DNA from: a virus
Virus record (IMG/VR): IMGVR_UViG_3300013286_000010
Location: 19,093 to 83,092 of that record
Reading direction: 5' to 3' (one strand)
Length of the DNA stretch: 64,000 bases
How positions within the stretch are numbered: position 1 is the stretch's first letter; each line of letters opens with the position of its first letter. This document shows positions 9,157 through 21,800 of this stretch, one piece after another. The notes under the pieces are model-generated. The model did not search any database. It was not told the DNA's origin and saw only the letters and a list, made by a program, of their open reading frames with translations. A program made the position numbers and the translations under genes.

Positions 9157-10365
9157 TTAAGATACAAATGTCCATGCTCCGCCGGATATTGTAAATGTTT
9201 TTACAACCCTAGCAACGGATACAGTAGGAATACTTGCACTAGCAGTTGCTCCAGTTAATGCTGGTCCAGTAGTTGACGGGGTTATCATGAATGTGCTGGT
9301 TGTGGTACTTAAAGTTACTGTAGAAGAACTAACGGTGACTGTTGAGCATAAAATTCTAGCATTTGTACCATTCTTATATTCAGCTACAGGAGCAATTTGA
9401 GCAAGGTAATTAATAATACCAGAATTATTTAAACCGTCTGATATGTCTATGCTTAGTACAATACTTCTACCATATAGATATTGTCTAGTCACTGCATCTG
9501 TGTCAGCGATCGGATCTGCCATATTAGTAATTTTATTACTACCCATACTCAACTTTGAAGTTACTACAACATTAGTAAGAGTTGCATTAGTAGCGGTAAA
9601 ATTTGTAATAGTTGCACTGGTTGATACTAAATTTGTAGAAGTAACAGTTCCTGTTGAAACAATATTTTTTGCAGTAAAATTAATAGTAACAATGCCAGCA
9701 GATGTTACAGTATTGTATACCTTCAGTGAATTAAACAATGTTAAACCACTTTCAACAATAACCGTTGATGTGTTTACTGTAGCTGTAAACTCTGAATATG
9801 TAGTTACAAATGAATTTGTAGAAAGGACACCCAATGTAGTATGGTGATTCTTTAACAATGCTACAAACTGTTTAACGTTGCCAAGATCGTTTACTGGATT
9901 TTGATAAGGGGGTAATACCCATCCACTATCTTGCCCATAATATGCAGGGAATGTTGGACCAACGGTAGTCCACACACTACCGTCCCAAACATTTAATTGA
10001 AAATTATCTTTATCCCACCACAAGTCGCCCGCTGATGGATTAGTTAACGATACAGGAGTAGGAGGATTAGCAACCGACGGAGAAGATACTACTGCACCCG
10101 ACACAGGTCTAAATGTACCATCATACACTTTTAATCTTCTAGATGTAGTATCAAACCATAGTTGACCAGTTAGTGGACTGCGTGGAGGACTGCTAGAAGA
10201 ACTAGCTGAATTAGCTAATAATCTTACAAAGTTATTGTTAATGTACTGACCATAAGCGTTAATGTTTTTGCCAACAAGAGCTAGACTAGTAGCAGATTGA
10301 TTAACTGTATTATCTGCCAATAACAACAGAGTAGTGCCATCAGTGTTTAAAATTTTATATGCCAT
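9157..10365 (-). CDS. Tail fibre-like virion protein
   Basis: Same N-terminal domain, Thr/Ser-rich shaft, and a KITNMADP..DTDAVTRQY YadA-stalk-like motif. Confidence 0.7.
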   Translation of the reverse strand: MAYKILNTDGTTLLLLADNTVNQSATSLALVGKNINAYGQYINNNFVRLLANSASSSSSPPRSPLTGQLWFDTTSRRLKVYDGTFRPVSGAVVSSPSVANPPTPVSLTNPSAGDLWWDKDNFQLNVWDGSVWTTVGPTFPAYYGQDSGWVLPPYQNPVNDLGNVKQFVALLKNHHTTLGVLSTNSFVTTYSEFTATVNTSTVIVESGLTLFNSLKVYNTVTSAGIVTINFTAKNIVSTGTVTSTNLVSTSATITNFTATNATLTNVVVTSKLSMGSNKITNMADPIADTDAVTRQYLYGRSIVLSIDISDGLNNSGIINYLAQIAPVAEYKNGTNARILCSTVTVSSSTVTLSTTTSTFMITPSTTGPALTGATASASIPTVSVARVVKTFTISGGAWTFVS

Positions 10366-10369
10366 ATTT

Positions 10370-11875
10370 TTATGTCTTTATAATATAGTAGGAGGTTGCA
10401 GTTCCGCCTGTAGTTGTAGATGTTTCAAATAAGTTTGGGATATAAAACTCACTTCCCGATATAGGTGTACCATATTTATTTTTAATTAATGCAAATAGAT
10501 CAGGATAAGTAGCTCGAACTTTTGACGAACCATCACACTTTAACCATCCAGTAGGAGGTACATCCGATACTGACAATTGAAGTGTTCCTACAGGCCATAT
10601 AACATTTGAGGAATATACATTAGATGCATATATAGTAGAAACATACAAGGACCTAAAATAGTTAGTAGCAGTTCCAATATCATAACTATTATGATGGTTG
10701 GATACGAGTGCAACCCCCGAACCTGCATTTGCACCAACTGTTATTTTTCCAGTTGATGTTGTCACACCACCGATAATTATACCACTAGTAACAGCTAGAC
10801 TTTCACCAACTGATGCACTTCCTAAAATATTCGTTGACGAAGAAACTGTCAATGTACTTGCAACTAACAAGGTTCCTGTAATCGTAGTAGCAGCATTAAT
10901 AGATACCAAATTACTGTTAACACTTAACGAAGCAGTTGTAATTCCGCTAGGGTTTTTAGTTCTAATAACGACAGACCCGCCTGCTTTATTATTATAAAGT
11001 ACGCCATCATTAATATTTTTATATAATTGTATAAATTCTGTAGATATGCCAGCATCAATAACAATACCATTGTTATAGTTAGCACCGTCAGTAGCGGCTG
11101 CATTACTTTGAGAAAAAACAATGTGACCTTTTACTACCTGACCTCGATTAGAATAATCGTTCTTTTGTAAAAATTCTTTGCCTGGTGTAGAGAATCCGTC
11201 AACTAAAACGTTAGTAGCATTATCAGCAGTACCATGCAATGCGATTCCCACTCTATTATAATCCACATCTGCTGATAAATTAATACCACGCTTAATAGTT
11301 GTAAATCCATTTATGACAGGATTAGGAATAAATTCTTCATTAGATACAATCGATATAAGAACATCATTTGCATAATTTTTTATTACATTATATGTTTCAG
11401 TAGATGTTTCAATTGTACTTGCTTCAGATCCAGTTCCGTTACTGATTGAAGGACCAACGGTAATCCAATTATCGTTAGCATAGATGCTTAATTTTTTAGC
11501 TGACGTATTGACCCATATGTCTCCATCCCTTAATCCTGGATTGATTGAGTTTTTAGGATCAATGTCTTGTTGATATATACCTGTAGCAGCCGGCCATCTA
11601 GCAGCAGTTGCAGTACCATCCATTATTCGAAGAACTTTTTTAGATGGTACACTTGTATCATACCACAATTGCCCTTCCATTGGATTCTCTGGAGGAACAG
11701 GGCTTGCAAAGTTTTCTAATAATCGAATTAAATTTGCTGCAAATGTTTCGCCATAGTTAGGATATCCACGACCGACTAAACTTAAACTTGTATCAACAGT
11801 ATTAACTCCCGGAGGCATGTCCGGAACGTAAATTGGATCTTTAGTAGGATCTGAATGTTTTATGTAATATGGCAT
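10370..11875 (-). CDS. Short tail fibre-like protein with tail collar domain
   Basis: Same N-terminal domain. C-terminal collar motif PVGT...PPTGWLKCDGS....TYPDLFALI...YG...YIIKT. Confidence 0.8.
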   Translation of the reverse strand: MPYYIKHSDPTKDPIYVPDMPPGVNTVDTSLSLVGRGYPNYGETFAANLIRLLENFASPVPPENPMEGQLWYDTSVPSKKVLRIMDGTATAARWPAATGIYQQDIDPKNSINPGLRDGDIWVNTSAKKLSIYANDNWITVGPSISNGTGSEASTIETSTETYNVIKNYANDVLISIVSNEEFIPNPVINGFTTIKRGINLSADVDYNRVGIALHGTADNATNVLVDGFSTPGKEFLQKNDYSNRGQVVKGHIVFSQSNAAATDGANYNNGIVIDAGISTEFIQLYKNINDGVLYNNKAGGSVVIRTKNPSGITTASLSVNSNLVSINAATTITGTLLVASTLTVSSSTNILGSASVGESLAVTSGIIIGGVTTSTGKITVGANAGSGVALVSNHHNSYDIGTATNYFRSLYVSTIYASNVYSSNVIWPVGTLQLSVSDVPPTGWLKCDGSSKVRATYPDLFALIKNKYGTPISGSEFYIPNLFETSTTTGGTATSYYIIKT

Positions 11876-11877
11876 AA

Positions 11878-12534
11878 TTATACTCCGCTGGTAAGACTTT
11901 GAATTCTAACGGTATAATCAATTTGAATCATTCTGTTCAACGACTTCTGCACGGGATGAAAAATAACGTGTGTTAATAAATCTCCTAAACCTGCTCCGTC
12001 AGGTGTATATGCCTTTAATCCCAATTCGTCAAATACAAATGGCCCGTCTGATTGTGTTGTATTATCAAATGCTGATTGACTCAATGGTTCTCCAAAATCT
12101 AACAAACAACTTACTAAAATATCAGTATATGCTGTTCCAGCAACGTGACGAGTTTCCATAAAATTTCTTACAGGATCTAAATCACTGGATTGTTTAGCAT
12201 CCACTGTTTTGTAATAAGTTTGATTATAGAGACTAGCGTTAGTTCCAATAACATTTGGAGTAAGATATGTAATGATACCAGTCTGATCAACTCGTGTTCC
12301 ACCATTACCAAATGCCATTTCTGCAATAGTACCGTATCCCTGATTACTTAATCCGCGGGCCAATGCAATACTAAAATTTTCATAATGGATAGCATTACGT
12401 TTATCTATAAAGACTTCTTTAGTTTCAGGGTCAAATATTTTAATGTGGCCCTGAACGCCAACCGTTCCCTGCTCGTTAGGCCTAGCTACAGGAGGTGTAT
12501 TCTGTTGATTTTTCATAGTTTCAGTCTGTTCCAT
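11878..12534 (-). CDS. Putative baseplate / fibre-attachment protein
   Basis: 218-aa ORF in the tail module with FVFDELGL...LTHVIFHPVQKS...IDYTVRIQ. Confidence 0.65.
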   Translation of the reverse strand: MEQTETMKNQQNTPPVARPNEQGTVGVQGHIKIFDPETKEVFIDKRNAIHYENFSIALARGLSNQGYGTIAEMAFGNGGTRVDQTGIITYLTPNVIGTNASLYNQTYYKTVDAKQSSDLDPVRNFMETRHVAGTAYTDILVSCLLDFGEPLSQSAFDNTTQSDGPFVFDELGLKAYTPDGAGLGDLLTHVIFHPVQKSLNRMIQIDYTVRIQSLTSGV

Positions 12535-12538
12535 ATGG

Positions 12539-12546
12539 TATTTATG
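12539..12546 (-). promoter_or_regulatory. Late promoter (CATAAATA), 4 nt before ATG
   Basis: Minus strand reads TAAATA-CCAT-ATG. Confidence 0.6.
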
Positions 12547-12551
12547 CTGTA

Positions 12552-12851
12552 TTAAAATGTGCTTGCAGGAACTCTACGCCAGGTATTTTCTGCTACACAG
12601 ATATATACATACTCATTGTCAAACGCTATATTTCCAACATGTCCAGTAGATGTACTACTTAACGGTTTAGATTTTGCATTTTGACGACTAGCGGTTGCAA
12701 AATTACTATAAGCTATAGCATTTATAAGACCTTCAACCGCTAGAGTAGAAACACGAGTTGCTACTCTGTCTTGTATTGATAAAAAGTAATTTGTGTTACC
12801 AATAATGCCGTCAGCGGTAGTTATTGCAGGTAATTCGTTAATATTTGGCAT
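12552..12851 (-). CDS. Small virion structural protein
   Basis: 99 aa with C-terminal G..G.IAFD.EYVYICVAENTWRR motif common in phage tail proteins. Confidence 0.7.
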   Translation of the reverse strand: MPNINELPAITTADGIIGNTNYFLSIQDRVATRVSTLAVEGLINAIAYSNFATASRQNAKSKPLSSTSTGHVGNIAFDNEYVYICVAENTWRRVPASTF

Positions 12852-15800
12852 TTAAAATCCTTCAGTTAATGGTTTATTGTTATCATCTAACAAGGGAGAT
12901 CCGTCATTATCAGTTAATGTAATATCTCCTCCGTAGTAGTACTTATCAGGTAATTCAGCTGTTTTCTCTTGTAAGAATTTAGCAGGCAATGTTGTGCTAT
13001 CTATAATTGATAAAGTTCTTCTAGAATTATTAGGATCAACGTCATTCCATTCTGCAGATTTATCAAATTCTTTTTTAACAACTGCTAACTTAATCCGATC
13101 ACCGACACCGCCTGTAATATTTAATATTAATTGTTGTGTATTCGATATAGTAAATTCGGGAGGTAAGTATTGTAGTCCTCGGTATACATATCCTTTAAAC
13201 GAATCAGGTTCGATAGAATCTGTGTAGACCCAGACTTGATTTGTTGATGTTACTGTATATGCCTTGCCAATTTCTGTGGTATACGGCAATCCCGCAACAG
13301 TAGATGTTGTTCCAATTTTAATACCTTTGGTGTCCGGACTGTCATATGTGATAGTAGTATCGTGTATATAGGTTCCAGATTTTCTTAATAATCTACCACC
13401 ATAAAATACCTGTACCTGATCTTCAGGATTGACGATACTATTCAATATTATACCGTCGCTAATTAATACCTCATTGGTGCCAGTAACTGTTAATTTTTGT
13501 GTAACAGTATTGATACTATATGTCGATACTCCATTACTTGTATAATGAACTTGTGTTTTAATTGTTTCTGTAAAAGGAATAGTTTGATTAACACTTTGGT
13601 CTATTACTTTAGTACCTGGAGCAGAATAACGACTAGGAGCTGTACCTAATGTACCTCTTCTTAATTGACTCAATACAGTCTTACTTGCCTTCATAAATTC
13701 AATACGTTCACCGTCAATAATAACAACGCCGGGTATTTTTTTACTTAACATAGGTTGTGTAAGAACAGTAGCATCAGCCACATGAATTTCAGTATCTTTA
13801 TAAGACAATGGGCTGGTTAGATAAGTTGTATTTTCTTTAGATAAACGTTTAAATGAAGTTCTATTAAACATATCATTGAAAATTCTATAACCTAGCAGAG
13901 TAGTAGCCAACCGTTGATCAACCATACTCCTAATAACAATGGAGTCAGTTGATAGAATTGAATATGCATCACTAATTTGAATTGTTAATTGATCGTCCAA
14001 TACATCAAAATCTAATCCGCTAGTTAGAGGTGTTCCGTTCAATTGTACCCATACATAATTTATATTAGTTACAGGGCGAGTAACTTTAAATCTTCTATTT
14101 GGATTACCATCAAATCTTTCTGTTCTTATCATCATATCGTCATTATCGTTATATGTGAGAACTTTGATTTCTCCTGTAGAAGTACTAACACTTAATTGTA
14201 ATTTAGGAATTCCTGCGTTGTCATAATATATATCATAGTCATAATCTTTATCTCCACCAGTTGGTAGATCTACTATTGCAATTGCATCTCCGCTAACTAG
14301 TGCCACACGTGATATATCAATTGTCAATAAATTATCAGACACTGTATAATCAAATCCAGGAGTTAGTTTATTTCCATTTCTATATGCCCTAACTGTTCCG
14401 TCGTATGTGTTAAATGTTCCTTGATTGTTGATTAAGAATACATTATTTGTAGACGATGTTACCTGATAGTAATCAATATGAGGAGGTGTCAATTGCTTAC
14501 GAATCTTTGTATTAGGATTATAATACTCAACAATAGGAGCAGCAACAATTGGATCTATCTCATTTGATTTTATGTTTATACAGGTAGCAGTAAATGCAGA
14601 AGTATTCAATGCAATAGTCTGTTCACTGATCTCGTTAAAATAATCGTATTGTGTACCAAAGAACCAAGCCTGTATAGTGCTTGTGGTCCCCGGAGTTAAT
14701 CCGTAAACATTAACAGCAGCACGATCGTTTTCTATATTAGAAAATGTTAATTCAAAATAAGGTAATGCAGTTGTAATTGTAGTTATTGCAGATCCGTTAA
14801 CAGTTACATATGCGCTCTTGACAGAACTAGTTGATGCTAAACTAGAAACTTGAGCAATAGTTTCAAATCCAAAAATAGTAGAACTACCGGGCAAGTGTGT
14901 TGCAGAAGCAGAATCAATTATTCCATTCTCACGTCCAATATGACCGCCACCTATACTTATGATGGTATAACCTAGATACCCACTAACTGATTGAGGTCCA
15001 ACTACAATTTCATTGTGTTCCCAATCTATATAAAAGAATGGGCTATCAAGTTCAGTAGGAATAAAATCACTTACACTAAACATTTTACCATTAAAGGAAA
15101 CTGTGATATTGTTATTGCTTGGAGGTACTATACCTAATTTTCTGCGAGTAGTAACATTAGATATTATGTCTATTGAATGTGAAAATACAACAGGAGCTCC
15201 ATAAAATGTTTTAGTATAGACATTTATTCCTACACTGTCAGATGCTTGTCCAGGTAAAAATTCTTCCGGAGCATGGCTAGTATCCGCTGTATAAAAGGCG
15301 TCGCCGTTAATAATAACTTCAGGAGAACTGCTATTTCCGTCTATTGCACTATCAAGTAAGTTAGAATTCTCTTCATATTTCCAGAATTCTATAACATAAC
15401 CTTTTGGTATTTCTGTGGTAGAAAAGTCACTAACTTCTATAGAACTCGAAAGTGCATAGACTGCACTAACTAATACATTTGTTATCTTAAATACCGTAGA
15501 CGTGGTACTGATAATATTAACATTTTGACCCGCTTCAATACCGGTAACTGAATCTAAAATAAATGTATTAGAACCAATAGTAGCCGTAGTGGTTACTACA
15601 GCCGTTGTATAAAATCCAACATCGTCAGCATACGGGACAGTATCAAATGTATTTGTAGAGCCAGAACCGTATAAAAAATCCCATGCAGAATTTGTAAATG
15701 GCAATCCTTCAATTATTGTTTTAGGATAATTAATACCTGAAATTAATTGATCAAATTCTGGATTCTCTGGATCAAAACCGGGCATACCAGAAGCCGCTTT

Positions 15801-18800
15801 ATAATAATTTTGAATCCTCTCCGAAGCATTGAAAAGATTTATACTCTTTGTGTATATTACTTTTAATACTTGAGAGACTAATGGTACATAATTTAAAAAT
15901 ACCACTTTACTAAACTTTTTTGTATATCCGTTGTACTGCGCTGTAAAATACTTAATTGTATAATCCGAACGTAGCACAACATTGCCATCTAGTGTAATAG
16001 TAATTTTAGATTTGTCTGCATCTGCTAACCAGTTTAAAGTAAACTCTTCAACCGATCCGTTACATACAAATTGATCAACTACAATATTATTTCCTATTTG
16101 ATCAGTTGACCCCACTCTATCAAATTTCATACCTATTTGATTAGTACGAACTTGTTTATTTGTTAAATGCGTGTAGGCAATTGCTACTACTCCAGTTGTT
16201 CCGCCTTGCAACTTAACAGTCGGTTGTCGATAAAAAGTGCTAGTAGTGTTATTAGTAATCTCAATTGAAATTACTTTTCCAGACTCTATATGAGCAATTG
16301 CTCTAAAATCTTCAATTACTTGATAGTATTCGTTGAACACCAAAACCGTTGGAGCAGATGTATAATTAGTCCCAGGATGTGATACCGAAATATGATCAAG
16401 AGCAAAACCTCTATTAAGCAAAAATGACTCTTGAGGTTTAGGAAGATTTAAACTTTTGATGTAATCAGTAGTAGCATCTACATCACCGACAGCAAAATTG
16501 TCTGTTTGATAGTAATCAACCAAGTTGCCGTTTACCCAACGATACGGATTATCAAAATCAGTTGAAAAAGTATTTGTAGGTTCTACCAATGTATGGTTAG
16601 ATGTAAAGCTACGAACAATTGTATGATAGGGTTTTACTTCATCTAGATATTGTTCGTAGTAATCGCTACTAGAGATTTTGTAAACAGGTCGTTGATCTAA
16701 TGCACCTGCATAATTTACTACGTTAATGAATGAAGTTTTAAATGCCCAGTCCAATAATTTCTGTTCAGACAATGCATACTTAACTGCCTTGAAGAAGAAT
16801 AAATTCCAATTAACTTTTAATTCATTAACAAAAATATCATCTCTCAATGCAATCAACATATATTGCAATTCAATATCTGGAGTTTGATCATACAATGTTT
16901 GATCATAACTATTATTTTGATCAAACCCATAGCTGCTTAATGGCAGGTCCCAGATAGTATCTAATATTTGTATTGTGCCATTCTCATTGTAGACAATATT
17001 GTAATCAGTACTAAACGATCCAACAATACCCAAAGCAGTTTTTTCTAATATTATGTAATGACCCGATCCGCCATTTTTAATTTTAACATACTGGCCTGCT
17101 GACAATGTTAATTCGTTTATTTCATAAACATCATTGACTGTAGCTGTAAAATCCAAGAAAGGATTATAATCAGTACTGACCCAGTCTACATATTTCCAAT
17201 ATAGAGGAGTATTATATTGTTGAGTTGCTACTCGTGCCCAAGTTAATGTATCAAGGTCGTAAATAAATTTAGACCATCTGTTTTTAAATTGGGTATCAGC
17301 TAATACAATAACAGTATAGGGTCTAACTTCTAATGTAGGCGCTTCTGTAAATCCGTTGCCAGCATTGACAACTTTGACAGATATAACCCTACCTTGATTG
17401 TCAATTTCTGTAGAAATTTCTGCATCAGATTTAACATCACTAATAATTTTAACTGTCGGAGATATCTTATATCCAAATCCCGGATTATCAATTATAACAG
17501 TTTGAATCTTACCGTTATCAATTACACATCTTAATTTAGGAATGGCAAATAATCTAGTGTCAATTATTAATAAACCTTCATTATCTTCAACTGTTTGATC
17601 GTACTCGTGGCTATTAATGTCAGAAACTAACTGCTGTTTATTTAGATTTGCAAAACTATAATTTCCAGTTATTCTATTTTTAAGTAGAACAGAATTTGTA
17701 AATTCCACTAAATTTCTCAACGCTTCCAATCTATCTTTGAACAAAGTTTGTTGAGGTCTAATGCCAATTCCATATCGCGTTCTAGATGTTAGTGTTGGAT
17801 TAGGAACAGGATTTCCTAACTTGTCATGTCCTAATAAACTATCAATTAATTTTTTCTCAAGCAATGCATTAGGTCTGCTGGTCGCAGAACCTTCTTGCAA
17901 TAGCAACCATTCAGTATGGCGGTTTGTACTTGATTCAGCAATATTTTTATTAGTAGAATCGATTGCGACATTTAAATGTATTCTATTACCGACTAATAAA
18001 GATCCAATATTAGCTAATGCAATTGCATTAGTATCAATAATTGCCGCATATTGAACTCCGTATGCAGTAGGATTATAGATCATAGATGCAACTTGATAGC
18101 TACTGGCTCTTCTATTTTTAACATCAGGAACTGTAGATTTATTCTTAACCCAGTAGTAATAACGAGTGCTGAATGAATTCGTTACAGAATTATAAACTTG
18201 TTTAGAAGATATTACACTATCATCGGCAACTTTAGGTTGTCCGCTGATTCCTTCTGTTAGGCCCAAGGCAGTATCTGCCAGTTGACTCCACTCACTAGGA
18301 AGATAACTAGATCCAACCCACTCATATACATCGATACTAGCACCTGGGAATAATTTGCCCCAGTTATTCTTTCTATAAGTTAGGTCGCTTTGTTCATACC
18401 AAACATATTTTGCAGTGCTCAAATCCCACCATAGCTCACCTACGTGGTCTTCTAACCAGTTTGTTTCGGAGTCAATAACGGTTGAAGTAGTTCCTGCAGA
18501 ATAAACTGCTGGATCAAATGTTGTTCTATAGGTCAATTCTTGATCAGCAATGCCAACGATCTTTCCTTTTAGAGGATCAACAACATCAAGATAGTTGATA
18601 ATTTCTTCAGTAAAAGAGTTAATCAAAGTCACACGTTGTATTGCATCAACCATGGTCAAGCTATCTTGTTCTCTTAAAATTTTAAAACCATTAGTAGATT
18701 TATCAATCTTATTAAACTGATAGAAGGCATTAACTGTATTTGAATTTTTTAAAGAAGGTGCACCTACTAGTATGCAATCATCAATTGTTACGCTAGTTCC

Positions 18801-21800
18801 GTAGAATGTGTCGTCATCAATAACAGTTGATTCTAAATCGTCTGCTAATACGAATCTTGTGTCTTTTCGGTTGTAAACATAGACTGTACCAGAATTTTTA
18901 ATGGTACCATAGAACATAGTCGAGTCAACATCAAATATTGATTCTGTGTTTGTAATATCAAACGTACTATATAGGTTCTTATTATTGCCAATTGCTGAAA
19001 TAACTAATGAATCATTAGATACAGTAATATCAATGTCCTTACCAAAATACATACCCGGACCAGGTGCAGGGTTTGTTAAAACAGACTGTAAAACAAATAG
19101 GCCGTTAGTAGCAGTATAGATTGCAACTTTACCATATGACAAATTGTCATTTTTAGAGTAAGGCGCCGATACAAACAAATATGCACCGTTCGGTGATACT
19201 AATAATTTTTCTCCAAACTGTCCATATTTTCCAAAAGGTGAAACTAAAGTCTGTGAGAATACTGCAGAAGTTCCTGTAAATATAGAAACTAATCCAGTGT
19301 TGGTAAAATGTCCGGGTGCTCCGATAGCAAGTATGTTAGCATTATCAGATCCACTGATACTATATCCCCATTTACTTCCGATAGTAGTAACTGACGAAGT
19401 AGTAAGTTGTTTAACATATGCTACATTAATTGAATTAGTAGCAGTAGTGATCTGATAAGCATATACAGTTCCGGTGCCGGTGTTGTTTGTGCCCGGAGCT
19501 CCGACTAACATTAATTTTGTATTGATGTTACGTTGAACGTAAATTGAATGTCCAAAGTGTTGATAACTAGAAGTAGATACCGGTACTGTTAAAACTGCCT
19601 GTGTATTTTCCTCAAGTATTTGGGGATTGATACTACTAATTTTTATTAGACCCTGTTCTACATAATTAGAATAATTTGATCCTGTAGTGGATACATAGCT
19701 AGCCAACGGGGCACTAGCAAAGATTAAACCATAGGTTGTTGTACTAAAAGCAGTATCATCATAAACCACACAATGACCAAAATCTGTAATAGGTGCCCGC
19801 TCAACATCGTAATAATGCAGTGTTCCATCATTTAATGTATAATTTAATTGCCCGCGGAAATCATCTCCTGTCTTTTTATAAACAGAAACTTTACCTCGAA
19901 TTGCAATGCTGGTTGCAGTATATGCAGGTGATCCAACAACAAATATATCGCTGCCTTTTCTCTTGCTGATGCTGCGTCCAAGTTGTTCGTTTTTATTTGT
20001 ACCTGTAGAAATTACAGGAGTAAAGTTATTAATTTTCTGATAAACTTTCCATTTGTAGTTGTCATCATTGTCTACCCAGAATATAGTATTGTCTGAGAAT
20101 TTTAATAGTTCGTCATCTGTAGGTAAATTATCATAAGACGATGTTCTTGCACTCTTAAATTTATACAACGGTATTGGGTCAACTCCTAACGAGGTTAACG
20201 AAATAGAAGGAGAAGCAACAGTGAATTCAGATACAGAAGGAGTTTTGATAACAGTGTATATTCCGTCAGCATCACTACTAAATTTAGATACTGATACAAT
20301 ATCTCCAACTGACAAACCGTGGAATAAATTTGTTTTAAATGTAATTTCTCCAGAGTAAGTAACTACATCTACTCCAATAATATCTGCATCTACCCTAGAG
20401 TAACGATATACATCCCAGTCGCTATTTTTTTTAAATCCCATCCATACAGTGTCACCTTCTTTAATAGTGCCATTGTTTGCAAGATTTAACAAACTAGATT
20501 CGTTGTATGCGGTTGCAGTTACATCATCAATTCTTACATAACCTGCTGTAATTAATTCAAATTCAAAATCAGTATCTGTTTCTACAGGAAACGTTGTCAA
20601 CGGATTATAGTCCGTAGGAACTATAATTTGATCAGTTACTGCACTGTAGTAGATTAAATCATTAGGTGCAGAAGGTGCAGAATTGACAAAGTTAACAACT
20701 TGCGGATTTTCAATGAACTTACCTTCTGTTAACGGAACTTCTAATTCTTGATAAGTTTCATATGCTCCATAATATCCAATACGGAACGCCCACTCTTCTG
20801 AATATCCCAACTGCCCTTGCAAGTTATGAATACTAGCCTTAGCAAGTTTTGTAATAGCATTACGGGTTCCTTTTTCTTTGATAAATCCTTGATAGAATTT
20901 ATATTGAGCAATAGGATTAGTGAAGATATTGTTTAGATAAACACGAGGTGTATATCCAATTAAGTGCTGTGCCATTTTTTGTTGGCCACTATCAAAGTTA
21001 TCAATATCTAAACTATAGAAATCTTCAAATTGATTAATCTTGTAATCAAAGTTTGGTAACAATCCAGCAACAGGTTTGTTACCTAGTAAGGTCCACAAAT
21101 TAAAATCAAATTTTGCAGAACCAGTAATATTTTTATTAGCAGAATAATATTGACTATTGAATCGAACTACATCACCTGATTGATAATCAGTATATTGCAA
21201 CCAATCGTTTATTTGAGCACTGTCATAAACAAACCCAGGACTAAAATAATCACCATTCCAATTTGCAGTACGGAATCCCGTTAACTTCATTCTGCGTTGA
21301 CGGTATCCAGTTTCGATATCATAGATAGTATCGTTGAAAATTGTAGTGTTATTAAACACCATTGCATGTTCTTTTTGTACAGAATATATTGTAGCAAAAT
21401 AGATACCGTCTGTAGAGTTTGATGTTTTAATTGTGCAAACTCCGTTGTCTCTAGTTACAGAAAGATTTTGTCTAGGAAACGATGTGCCGTTTGCCGACAA
21501 CAAACTGTAATCGTAAAAACTATCAAACACACTATCAACAACTGTATTAGCTAATGAATATTTTATTTGATTTGCAAAAGGACTTACGGTGATTATACTG
21601 TTGTTAGACCAATTCTGACTAGTCCAATATAAAAATTCTTTAGAGGAGAAGTTCCAATCGATAGTTGTTGCAAAATCTGAATTATATTCATCAAATATAA
21701 AACCTTGGGCTTCTAACCATTTTCCGTAACCAACGATTATATCATATACTTCTTGTATAGTAGAAAATTCTGTCTTATAAGGAATCTGTTTAACTTCTGT

